Shown here: in pieces, positions 11,870 through 24,253 of the stretch
Layout: each line of letters begins with the position of its first letter
How positions within the stretch are numbered: position 1 is the stretch's first letter
Assembly: GCA_016748015.1 (NCBI GenBank)
Contig: JAAOMT010000532.1
Coordinates: forward strand, 3,953-48,240
Direction of reading: 5' to 3'
DNA from: Geosiphon pyriformis uo1
Taxonomy: Eukaryota > Fungi > Glomeromycota
Length of the DNA stretch: 44,288 nt
Translations under genes and position numbers: made by a program
The notes under the pieces: generated by a model
Seen by the model: only the letters and a program-made list of their open reading frames with translations
Database searches by the model: none
Told to the model about the DNA's origin: nothing

Positions 11870-14700
11870 AAGTGTTCAGGTTGGAAGGTTGTTCAATGAC
11901 AACTATTGGTTCTAAGTTTTGGGGAATATCTTCAGAATTGACTAAAGGAGAATGTGTACCAATTTGTCAAATTAATGGTTCAGGATTGTTTCTGAAATAA
12001 TAGTGTTTCAAACGATCTCCATGTGCAACTTTTGCTAGGATTTTGTCATCAAGTCTTAGCTTGTATGATCCGTTGCCTAGGACTTTATGGATAAAGAATG
12101 GTCCATCCCATTTATTTTCAAATTCTCCACTTCATTGTTTTTCAGTTTTAGTTCTGTATAAGAGAACTTTGTTTCCGATTTTAAATTCATTGCTGACTGG
12201 AGGCAATTTGTCATCATGCCGTTCTTTTTGTTGAGCTTGGGAGTGTTCAATATGGGTGGCTGCTATTTGTTATTTTCCTTCCAATGTGCTAAGCAGAGTG
12301 TAGGCTCTTTGCTAAAGCATTTCTTGGAAATTGTTTTCATCGATTGGTTGTGCTGGGTATGTTTCCACTGTGAAACTAATTGGTAATGTTGCTGTTCTTC
12401 CATAAGTTAAATCAAATAGTGTGTGTTTTATGGTATCTTGTTTTAGTGTTCTGTATGCTAGCAACACTGATGGAATAAAGATATCCCACTCTTGCTCAAA
12501 ATCGGTTGAGACTTTGGCTAATGACTCACACAATGTTCTGTTAAAACGTTCCACAAGTCCATTTTTTTGTGGATGGTAGGACGAAGACAGAGGTCTTTTG
12601 ACATTGAATCATTCACAAATTTTTTGTATCAGGTTATTCACAAAGTGTGTTTCCTGATTGGATAAAAGTTCAATTGAACATCCATGTCTACAAATGATGT
12701 CTTCATAGATGAAATTTGCTACTGATTTTGCATCTGCTCATTGAATGGCTCTGGCTTCGGGCCATTTAGTAAAATAGTCTACAGCTACTGCAATATAACG
12801 GTTTCCTTGAGTGGTGATAGATAGTGGTCCGATTAAATTGATACCAACTCAGTCAAAGGGTTGTCCAACTTTGATTAGATTTAATAGTTCAGTAGGGCGT
12901 GTTCCTCCTCTTCTTTGACAACTATCACAAGATTCGACATATTTGTGAATGTTTTTTCTCATTTGAGACCAAAAGTAGTATTCTAGTGTTCTTTGAGTGG
13001 TGCTATCTTTTCCAAAGTGTGCTGATGACAGATTTGAGTGCATGTTGTATAATATGGTTTTTTTTTTCTGTTCTTGTATTAATCCGAGTGGTTTGTTTGG
13101 GTTTTTGAAATTTCAATGATAAATAATGTTGTTGTGTAGAAAATATTGTTTGGCTTGTTGTTGTAGTCAATGTTTTTCATCTGGAGACCAATCTGTTGGG
13201 ATTATTAATGTTTCCAAATATTGTTTGAAATTGTTGTAGTTTTCTGAATTCATTGTTTGTTGGCTCTTTTGGTTGGTTAAGTTGAGTGTTGGTTTTTGTG
13301 TTTTCTAATCTTGTCTTATTCTGAAGAGACAGTCAACATTGGTGTGGAGTTTTTCTGGTTTGTGATGTATTATGTATTGATAGTTTGCTAGAAATTCTGT
13401 TCATCGGGTTTGTTTTGCATTCAGCTGAGTATTTTTATTCTGAAGCCATTTGAGTCCAATATTATCAGTGATAATATCGAATTCTTTAGGCCTGAGATAA
13501 AGGTTGAAGTGGTGTAGGGCCCAAATTACAGCTGCTGTTTCTAGTTCTGTGGTAGGGTAGTTTTTCTCAGCTGGTTTTAATGTTCTGCTAGCATAAGCAA
13601 TTACTTGCTCATTTCCGTTGTCATCTAGTTGTAATAAGATAGTACTAAAGGCAGTATAAGAGGCATTTGTTGCTAATCGGAATCAGTTGCTGAAATCTGG
13701 GTAGGTAAGAATTGGAGCTGTTGTCAGTTTTTCCTTGAGAATTTCAAAAGCTTTTTGGTGTTTGGTAGTCCATTTGTATTCAACATTTTTTGTGGTGAGC
13801 TGGTTGAGGGGTTTTGCAATTTCCGAGAATCCTTTGATAAACTTCTGATAATAGGATGCTAATTCTATGAATCCTCTTAGTTCTGTAGTGTTTTAAGGAG
13901 TTTTGAAGTTTTTGACAACGCTGATTTTTCCAGGGTCTGGTTTGATTCTATCTTTACTAATGATATAACCAAGGAAGGCCAGGCTTGTTTTTCCAAAGTA
14001 GCATTTTTTGATATTGAGTTTTAGTCCTGCTTTTCATAATTGTTGAAAAACTTCTCGCAGGTGTTTTAAGTGTAATTCGAATGATGGAGAATAAACATCA
14101 GTATTGTCAAGATAAATAACTACTGACTTCCAAAGAAGTCCTTGGTATACAACATCCATTAATCTCTGAAACATTGCTGGTGTATTGCATAATCCAAAAG
14201 GCATTACATTAAACTCGTAATTTCCACCTTGAGTAGTGAATGCTGTCTTGGGGCAATCTTTGGGATCCATAACAACTTGCCAGTAACTGCTTTCCAAATC
14301 TAGTGTTGAAAAGTATTTGGATTTCCCAAGGGCATCTAGCATGTCATCAATCCAGAGAAGAGGGTAGGCATCTCCAATTGTAACACTGTTGAGTTGTCCA
14401 TAGTCAACACAAAATCGGATCTTTCCATTTTTCTTTTTAACTAACACTACAAATGAAGCCCAAGGACTCATAGAGGGTTGGATGAGCCCATTGTTCAGCA
14501 TTTGTTGTACTTTTTCTCGGATAAATTGGTGGCTTTCTGGAGCAACTCGATATGCTTGTTGTCTTCTTGGTTTGGCATCTCCTGTATAAATTTGGTGTTA
14601 GACCAAATCGGTTCTTCCTAAGTCATTGTTGTTTTCAGCAAAGATATTAGCAAATTCTGCAATTAGTTCTTTGAGCTGGGTCTGTTGTTGTGGTTTAAGT
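11870..14700 (-). pseudogene. pol: Element D pol: RT, RNase H, integrase
   Basis: SPWASFVVLVKKKNGKIRFCVDY, VMPFGLCN, YLDNT (YxDD), IAYASRTL, HSNLSSAHFG...CDSCQRR, ERFNRTL. Confidence 0.9.
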
Positions 14701-15149
14701 TGTCCCATGTTGATTCGAGATAGTTTTTCCATGACAATATGGTAGTTTTTGGAGCTGGGGTTTGGGTTGATTTTTGGTAGTAAATGTCCAATAATTTCGG
14801 AGAAATTGGGAACTGTTTGGAGTAATTCTTGTTAAAATATATTACTGTAAATAACTTCAATTTTTAAATTATTTAATAAAATTATGGGGTAATTATTGGA
14901 GTTGTAAAAAGTAACTCAGACTTTCTTTGTTCCTTTTGGAATATAAATGTTTGGGATCAAAATATTATGTGCCAAGCAGACTTGTTTATTGGACTCAAAA
15001 ATTTGTTGTGTGGTTGTTGGCTTTGGGCAGATGTAGATTTCTGGATGTTCTCCAAAGGGTGAGATGGTAATTGGTTGTAGAAGTTTAAGAATCTGGTGGG
15101 ATTTGTTCTGTGTGTTAAGAGCTATATTAACTAGAACTGTGAATCATCC

Positions 15150-15560
15150 AGTTGAACCAAAACCTTAGGTTCCTCTATCATTTTTTCTTAATTGTTCTCT
15201 TTGATTGACTAGTTGCAAACCCGAAATGTTGATTAGGGGTAGGTAAATAGCTTGGGCAATTTTTTCAGCATGTTCAATCTTGAATAGTTTGTCAGTTTTA
15301 TTTTGAAGCATCACTGTAATGTTTCTAGTATATCCAGCATTGATTATTCCTCCTCTGACATTGATTCTTTTGCTTGCCAGAGAGGACCGGGAGGTGATTT
15401 GAACCATTGCTCCTGGTGGGATTTCAAGTGCAATTTTGAGGTTAATTTTTGTGAGAGATTTGGGTTTGAGAACAAGAGTATCCTTGCCTGGATATCTTAG
15501 GTCATATCCAGTATCAATTTCGTGTGCTTTTTTGGGTTTTATTTCTTGTCCATTGTTGTT
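15150..15560 (-). pseudogene. dut: dUTPase domain of element D, between protease and RT
   Basis: Motifs I-V: TGYDL, SRSSLA, GGIINAGY, KIAQAIY, RGT*GFGSTG. Confidence 0.9.
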
Positions 15561-15689
15561 GAAGTATTTAAGTTGTAAGGCAGGCTGATTTTCAATAAGA
15601 TAGATGGGTGTTGTTTCAATTTCTTCCGTTGCTTCAGGTTCTCCAAATTCAATTTTGTTCTCATCATTTTTGCTGGGCAAGGGAATACT

Positions 15690-18600
15690 AAGAACATAGC
15701 ATTCAGGACACCACTGTTCATCACAAGGCATAATGCATTTTTCACATAGCCTAATGTTTATTTGCTTTAATCATTGAATTTGAGCTTCTTGGGTTGGATA
15801 GGTGTAACTTGCAATTTGGTGGTAGACTTCTACTTTGTTTTCGTAATCGAATCCAGCTAATTCTATAGTGTATTCAATGTATTCTGCTTCCTTCATTTGA
15901 CAAACATCTTCTTTGGTAGCTCCATTAATTAATGTTATTGCTAGGTCGAAAATCATCTCAGCGTCATGGGGGTAGTAATAAAGTTTGTTGAAAGCACTGT
16001 TGTATGCCGCATTAAAGAGTGTTCCTCTTTTTATTTTTTCTGAAATTGATAAAGCATATTGGCAGGTCTGATCGCAGACTCCTTCTCTCATGGTTACATC
16101 AATCCAATTGTATTCTTCCAGTAGCATATCTCCACAAGTCAAACAAGGGGTGTTGTCCTATTTTCCACTCCTTTTTATTAGATGGCCCTATCATTCTCTG
16201 TGGCAAGTCTTGCAGTAATAACAAGTATGATTTTCATATTCTTCTTCAGATGAAATGCAGGCTCTCATTGATGATAGTTTCTTGTGGCAGTCTTTACATT
16301 TAAGAGGAATATAGGGGCATTGTTTCCTTGGTTTGGGTTTTGAGTAAGGTATATTCCATCCAGAGGTTTCGGGTTCACAGTGTGGGGTAAAATGTTTTTG
16401 TTCTGTTTCATTGGCCCAGTTGGACGTTGATCCAAGAGCCATGAATGTTTCAATGAGAGGTTTTTCCTCTTCCAGTTCGAATTCAAAAGCTGGAGCTTTT
16501 TCAGAGTGTTTGTTGAATGTACCACAAGTGGCAGATACCCGGGCATGTTGTCCTTGGTAGGAGATTGTTAACTCTTGTGTTTCCCAATTCAGATTAGCAT
16601 TGGCTTTTTGGAGCCAATTATTTCCGATGAGAGCTTGGTACTGGAGTGCATCTATTACAAGAACTTTGACTGGAATGGTGATTTCATCAAGAGTGAATGG
16701 AAAACTGTCAATTTCTCCTACTGGGGTCTTTTTCATGCCATCAGCAGTAATGATTACTGTTTGAGCTGGTCAATCAACATTTCTCTTCAACTGTTGCATT
16801 AACTGGTAGGTGATAATGCTTCCAGCAGATCCACTGTCTAGGATCAAGCAAATTGTCTTTCTTTCGACTTCTGCTTCAGTGTACATAGCTGTGATTGCTT
16901 TTTGTTTATTGGCAGCTACATTGCTAAGTAGAAATAGTGATTCATTGGCTTCGAACTCGAAAGGAAAGATATCAGAGAGATTGGCATTTTCAGCAATTTG
17001 GACTGGTAGAATAGTGGTGCGATTATGAAAAAGGTTTTGTTGTTGTGCTGTAGCTCTATCTTCCGAGGGTGCAGTATGGTAAAAATCCTGTTCTTCTGAC
17101 ATTGTTAAATAACTGGGTTGAGTGTGATAATGGTTGGGTCTTGGTTGAGTGGAATTTTGGGAAACCAATTGGTTGTTTGAACTGATTCTATTGTTGTTTA
17201 CTTGGTATCGGTTTTGTGGTGTGAATTGACTTTGTGTACTCAGTCTTCGAGCAGGTACTTGATAATGTTGTGTAAGTGGTTGTTGGTATTGCTGTTGGAT
17301 TGGCTGTGGAGTGGGCTGATAATAGTTATTTTGGTATTGGGGTCTTGGTGGATAGTACACTGGTGGTGGTGGTAGTTGATAATAAGATTGCTGTGGTGGA
17401 AGGTAACATTGATTACTTCTATTTTGTTGGTCTCATTGTAGCTTTCTGCAATCTCTTTTCTAGTGGCCAGAGATTCCACAATAATGACAATTCTGAGGCT
17501 GGTTATTGGAAAGTGGTGCAAAGTTGTTTTGATTTTGTCTTTGAGATGGTTGATATCTTTGGGGTTGCTGTTATTGTTAATTGGTGAAATAGTTTTTAAC
17601 TTTCTTTGTAAGTTGGTCAATTTTTTTCTCAGCTGCTGAGCTGGTTTTTTCAATTGCCAAATTTACAAGTTTTGTGCGATTGGCCTCTTCCATGACCATT
17701 TTATATCTTTTCGCATGCTATATGGCAGAGTTTAAATCTTCTGGCGCATGTGGGCGAACCTTTTTAATTAGTTTATTTTTTAGACCAGCAATAAATTGAT
17801 CCAAGATTTGAGCATCGGAATAATAATTGTTTGTTTTGAGTTGGCAAATTTGTCTGAGAAGTTTGTTGAATTTTCCAATATAAGTCATAACAGATTCAGA
17901 GGGTTCTTGTTTGATATTTCAAAAACGATTGCAAAGAGTGATGGAAGTGTTATTGTCAGTAAACTGTTCAAGAAAGGCTGCTTTAAAAGCGTTCCAATCA
18001 TTGAATGGAGTGGCCAAGTTTTCAAACCATTCTCCTGCTGTTCTTTTAAGAAAGTAGGGAATTGTTCTTAACATTCTGGCAGCATTCCATCCATTTGCAT
18101 TTCCAGCTTTAGTAACTTGGTCGAGCCATTCTTGGAGACTGGTCTCAATGTTTTCTCCATTAAATTCCGGGATTTTTGCGATGTATGTGGTCATTTCGTT
18201 TTCTTCATTTTCACTGTCTATTGATTCTTCTTCAGATATTTCAGGTTTGTTTTTTTTGTTCGCTGCTGTCTCAGAATGTTCACTTTGATTTTCAGCTAGA
18301 AAGTCAAGGAGATTGGAACTAGTTTGAAGGAGTTTTTGTTGTCTAATGGGACTTCTGAATGATGTAAAATCTTTTGGTCTTGCAAATCAATTCAAGAGTG
18401 AATTAGACATTTGTGCTTGTGTAAGTGAAGCTGGAAAAGGTGTGATAGTAAGTGGAAGTTTTGAACTGGTTCTTTGTTCAGGTGTTTGTAAATGTTTGGC
18501 AATTATTTTTGGTAGTGTTGGAGTATTTGGGGTAGTTTTTGAGTATTGCTTCAATTTGTTTTTGTTTTTGTTGCTTGTTTCTGTTTCCAATTCAAAATCA

Positions 18601-18971
18601 ATAGAGTATTGAGACTACACTGGATATGTTTCTTTACAGTATTTGATAATGTTAAAATTAAGTTTGTGAAAGTAAGTGGCAAGTGTTTCGCTGTTAAGGT
18701 CTTTAGTTCTCAACTGTGAATAGTGTGCTAAATTATTGTAAAGGTTGCTTCTAACTTCTGAAATATTGTAATTTCTAAAAAGATAATTGTTGATGCAGTT
18801 TTCAATATATTGGTATACTGATTTCTTGACAACTTCAATTCCATCTGGAATGTTGAATCTTTGCTTGCAGTGGGTGTAAATTGATTGGTAATACTCTAGA
18901 GTTGTTGTGTCTGGTGTGGTCGCCATTTTGAATTTTGTTGTTGCTGTGTTATTTCCGTGGGAGAGCACCAA
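15690..18971 (-). pseudogene. gag-pro: Element D gag (N-terminal domain, capsid, CCHC knuckle), protease and Cys-rich domain
   Basis: IPEFNGE...EWFENL...FKAAFLEQF, CHYCGISGH*KRDC, LILDSGSAGSIIT, ALIGNNWL. Confidence 0.88.
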
Positions 18972-18972
18972 A

Positions 18973-19944
18973 TGTTACTGGAGGTTTTTGGTCTCTTTTC
19001 TTAAATGTTGTTAATATTAATTTGTTGTGAATTCACGTTTTCAGGAAGTAGTTAGACCTCCAGTAACTGAATTTATCTTCAAATTATCTCCTATAATTTG
19101 AACTTGCTGGGCTTATAAGTAGAATGGCCAGTTTTGTGCCAGTTGCTTTATGTAGTTATGTTGTAGTAAACATCAACTCTTTTCCAGAAATTGCTTATCT
19201 GGAAGCTCACTAAAAATGTGTAGTTACTTTGCTGTGAAAGTCAACTCTTCTACAGGAATCTCGTCTGTAGGCTACCCTAATGATTGTAATAAAAAAATAA
19301 AAAAAATGTAAAAAAAATAGAATTCTGTCAAGAAAAACGTTTTCTATCCAGGCCTGAAGTCACTAACAGTTTATTGAAATTGGTAGCTAATCAATTTCAA
19401 AATGTCAGTTGGGTTTTTGGGGACTTTTCAAGTACAATAATTAAAGAATTTGGTTTTTTTCGAATTATTTGATATTTTTATTTCTTTTTGTGTATAAGAA
19501 TGGTTTTAAGAGATAAATCTAAAGTAAGATACATTTTCTCGAAGAGAGATGCTCTTCTTTTATACAATTTGTCATAACACTATTCTATGAACTTGAACTT
19601 TGCTATTTTCTACAATTTCACTGAACTAAAGATACATTTTGGCAAACTACAAGTTATTTCTGTGAACTATTAGATATTTTGGTGAACTATCAATTATTTT
19701 GGCAAATTTCTACAAATTTCGGTGAACTTTTAAATGTTACATAGTTCGGGGTATTGCATGATTTGATCATTGCAATTAAGTTACATTTGTGTTGTGTACA
19801 AATTGGGTTATTAATTAAATGATAATTTCAGACATTTTGCTAATGTAATAAGTAATAATTTGAAACGATAATATATGCTAATTAATAATAGGATTTATAA
19901 GATAATTTTATGCTAAATAATATCTCTAATTTCATCTGGTAACA
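18973..19944 (-). repeat. 5' LTR of element D
   Basis: Partner of 10091-11073; adjacent to the PBS. Confidence 0.93.
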
Positions 19945-19989
19945 ACAGGTTGTTATTTGACTTGAGACTCCAAATATTCATCTGTAATA

Positions 19990-22900
19990 TCATGCATATG
20001 CATTGATCTTAAAGTAGCACTGGAAATCCCTACAAAAACAATGATTCAATTAGCATTTAGGAATAGCTTAGCAAAAAGAGAAATAAATATCAGAAAAGGA
20101 ATAATTAACACAGGATATATAAGAAATATTATTGCTATGCTACAAAATGACTCTGAAAAGGCCTATATTATAGAGCCAAACAAAAAGATAACACAAGCAA
20201 TATTTCTGCTTTTGGTTAAAATAGCCCAATTAGTATTAGTGAGAAATAGGGAAGAATTAAAGATTACAACAAAAGAAATACAGGAATTCAAATTAATAAG
20301 TAAAATAGATATACCAGTTAATATGGCAGAGGAAGAAATTATTAACAAAGGAAAAATTATCTCCATCCATTAACCAATTTTCATTTCACCATATGACCAG
20401 TACATAGTAGTTATAAAGAGAAAAGTAAAGGATCAGGTTCAAATTTTTGAGACAGAAACAACTCTTTGTAAATCAAGAGAGATTGGATTAGTTAATCTAT
20501 ATATACCAGTCAAGAACCACAGTCACATCAAAATTCCCATTTACAACAATATGAGAAATGTCATCAAGATACCAGAAAGAATTACTATTAAATACTTAAC
20601 CACCAAAATTGAAAACCAACTGCCAGACATCATTCCAGACTTTCCACAACTTTGCAAATATGTGGATATTACATCACAAACAATATATGGATGAAATGAA
20701 TATTATGTGCTCTAATCAGAACAATTGAAACAAATGAACATAGGAAACTTAGATCTACTACAATATATGTAGTTCAAAATGTTACTCAACAATTTCAATA
20801 ACATCTTTGCCAGTGAAAATGAATTTGGCAGAACTGACATTATTCAACATCAAATCAAGACTGGAGATGTAATGCCAATTAAACAGAAAGTATACCAAAT
20901 ACCACCAGTTAGCCATAAGATTATTCATCAAGAAATTAATTGAATGCTTGAAAATGGGCTAATTTAGCCATTAATGAGTCTATGGTTATCACCAATGGTA
21001 CTAGTTTAGAAGAAAAATGGAAAGATCTGTTTTTGTGTAGATTATCGAAAACTGAATGGAGTAACTAAAAGTAATAGCTATCTAATGCCAAAAATCCAAA
21101 AGCTGTTTGATGCTTTTGGAGAAAAAAAATGGTTCTCAACTTTGAACTTAGACAGTGATTACTGGCAAATAATTATAAAACCAGAAGACAAAAAAAAATG
21201 GCTTTTACAATGTGAAAAAAAAATTTCAAATTTGAAGTGATACTATTTGGCTTAATGAATGCTCCAACAACATTCCAATGGCTTATAGAAATTGCTTATA
21301 CTAAATTATTGTGGAAATTTATAGTTGTTTACTTAGACAACACAAATATGTTTTATAAAACATTTAATGACCATCTACACCATCTTTAACAAGTGTTTAA
21401 AAGGTTGAGAAGAGTAGGATTGAAGTTGAATGCAAACAAATGTTTCTTTGAAAAAACAGAACTCAAGTTTTTGGAATATGTTGTAAGCAAAGACAGTATC
21501 AAAATGAATTCAGATAAGATTGCAATAGTAAAAAACTTTCCAGTACCAACCAACTTGATGGAACTAAAAGCATTTTTGGAATTTGCAGGCTATTATTACC
21601 ACTTTATCAAGAACTTTTCTAAACTGGCTCAGCCACTTTATTATTTACAAACTAAAAATGTAAAGTATAAATGGACAAAAGCTCAGCAAGAAGTGTTTAA
21701 CACACTGAGAAGAAAGCTCATTCAAACTCCAATGTTGATGTATTCAGATTACAACAAATCATTTATTATCACCACCAATACATCAGGTCAAGCATTGGGA
21801 GCAGTACTATTACAGAGAAGACCAGATGGAAGAGAGCATCCAGTAGCTTATGCCAGTAGAAGCCTAAGTCCAGCTGAAAAAAACTATGGAACCCCAGCAC
21901 TAGAACACTTAGCTATCTATTAGGCTGTTACCAAATGGAAAGAATACTTGAGCCAAAAATTTGATGTGTATACTGACCACAAAAGATTGACTTCAATTCA
22001 AAAGCAAAAATTTGGAGATGATTGCCATGCAAGATAGAAAATAGCACTATTATTATATACATTTACAGTACATTATAAAAAAGGAAAAGACAATGAAAAT
22101 GCTGATGGATTGTCACAAATGAGACAAATCTAAAAACATTTCAACCCAAAAATATAACAAAAAGATGAATATACAAAAATACAAACAACTCCAACATTAT
22201 ATAGATACTCAATTGTTCAAGGAGAAATTATCTCAAAAGAAACAAAACAACATAAAACAGCAATCAAAATATTTTATCAACCATCAAAATACACTTTACC
22301 AGAAAAACAAAAAAAACCCAGATCAACCAATCAGAGTAATTACAGAATCAGAGAAAGAAACAATATTATTTAACATGCACTTGAATTCAATAGTGAGACA
22401 TTTTCATAAAGAAGCAACCATAGAAAGGACCAGAAAAAGATACTATTGATTATCAATGTATTCAGACATCATCCAATATGTTCAAAATTGTAATGCTTGT
22501 CAGAAAAGAGAAAGAACAAAATCCAGTGAACCATTGAAACCAATCAAAGTAAGACAACCATTTGATTGCATTGGAATTGACTTAGTCGAACTATTAACCA
22601 TAACCAGCAGAGACAATAGATATATTGCAGTAGTCATGAATTATCTTACTAAATGGCCAGAAGCAAAAGCCATTCAAAGAGCAGATGCAGAATCCATTGT
22701 CAAATTTATTCATCAAGATTTGATCTGTCACCATGGATGTCTAAAAGAACTATTATCAGATTAAGGAACTTACTTTGTAAATAGAACACTGGCAGAATTA
22801 AGTCAAAGATTTGGGATAAAAAGACCATTATTATCATCATACCATTCACAAACAAATAGACTAGTTAAAAGGTTTAACAGAACATTGTGTGAAGCCATTG

Positions 22901-23430
22901 CCAAAATCAGCCAAGAAAACCAAGATGAATAGGATTTGTTTATACCATCAGTATTATTTGCTTATTGAACAATGAAACAAAACACTACACAAACAACACC
23001 ATTTGAATGGTATATGGTAGAACAGCAACATTACCAGTTGAGATAGAAGTCAAAACATATTCAACAAAACCAATAACAGAAAAAAATTTCCAAAGAACAT
23101 TGTTAAGAAGAACATATAACTTAATAGAAACACTAAAAAACAAATAACAAAAAGCAGCTGATAACATCCAAAAGTTACAAGAGAAACAAAAAGAAAGACA
23201 CAATAACTAACTACCAGATAAACCAGTTGAATTCAAGATTAGAGACAAAGTGCTTTTATATTATACCAAAGTGGAAAAACAATGGAGTGGAAAATTTGAC
23301 CCCAAATAGGATGAACTATTTTACATAGAAGAAATTCTTGAAAATAAAGCTTATAAATTAAGATAGGACAACAAAATTTTAGCCAAAGCAGCACATGGTG
23401 ATCGACTGAAACCATATTACTATATAGTGT
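19990..23430 (+). pseudogene. pol: Element B pol continued: rest of dUTPase, RT, RNase H, integrase
   Basis: LKVALEIP...GIINTGY...ITQAIF, FCVDYRKLN, YLDNT, HPVAYASRSLSPAEKNY, GIDLVELL...YLTKWPEAKAI. Confidence 0.9.
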
Positions 23431-23570
23431 TACCATCTACCAGTAATATTTCACAATTAGGAGCACAGTGAATACTAGTCCAACCAGATAAGATTCCATG
23501 AGATCTGGAACCAATTATAATCATTGGATCAAACATGTAAAATTAAACAATAAAAAGAATATATAAAGAC

Positions 23571-24240
23571 ATGGTAAACACAACAGAAGACTTTAGAAAA
23601 ATAGAAATTACTGACGACATATACTTACTAGCACAACAACTATTTCAACTAATTCAACAACAGAATATGGAAATTACTATCAATCAACAAACTATTTGAT
23701 ACTAATATATCAAGAAAATACCTTGATACAAAGTACAAAAAAAAACAGAAAACACTATTGATAAAATAATTCTAAAAATAAAATTGGCAATAGAGAAGCC
23801 AACAAATGTCACCACATATCAAGAAGTAATTAAAAAAACTTGAATGTGGTGGATACAACAATTTTCAAGAAACTTTTGTTATTTCCACTTGGGATAACAT
23901 TTGAATATTCAGAACTTATATATGGATAAAACAAAGTAATTATTTGACACAACAATATTGCAACAACTAGAACAATTTGTAAGAAAGAACAATTTGACTA
24001 CACAAGCAAGAGCCATATATAGGCTACATACTGGATTTTAAGATAGACCAGAAATCTTACTTAATCCAAAAATAGACTCCATTACAGTTAACCAAATGGG
24101 AAAAATAACTAATGCCCAATTTGAAAAATTACAGAACAAGATAACACAAGTAATTCTCGAAAAAGATGTTCAAAAAATACTCAAAAATGAAGAATTAGAG
24201 TTAGAAGATTTAGGAAATCTCAACAGAGCTCAATATTAAA
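23571..24240 (+). pseudogene. Accessory post-integrase ORF of element B
   Basis: ATG at 23571, stop-interrupted frame running up to the PPT; similar to the D accessory ORF. Confidence 0.6.
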
Positions 24241-24253
24241 AAAGAAGGAATAA

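Larger units (their letters stand above)
10091..19944 (-). mobile_element. Full-length Ty3/Gypsy element D on the minus strand (youngest layer)
   Basis: LTRs 10091-11073 and 18973-19944, TSD acag (10087-10090 / 19945-19948), PBS TGGTGCTCTCCC next to 18972, PPT gaggaggagg at 11077-11086 (minus strand). Confidence 0.93.
9140..19989 (+). mobile_element. Solo LTR C (B-related subfamily), in two pieces (9140-10090 and 19949-19989) split by element D
   Basis: Starts tgttactcataaaatatagg like LTR B and ends ctgtaata. TSD tcat at 9136-9139 / 19990-19993. No internal domain. Confidence 0.88.

Noticed and set aside
23571-24240. env gene in the post-integrase position
   Set aside because: Short and hydrophilic, with no evident signal peptide, furin site or TM anchor
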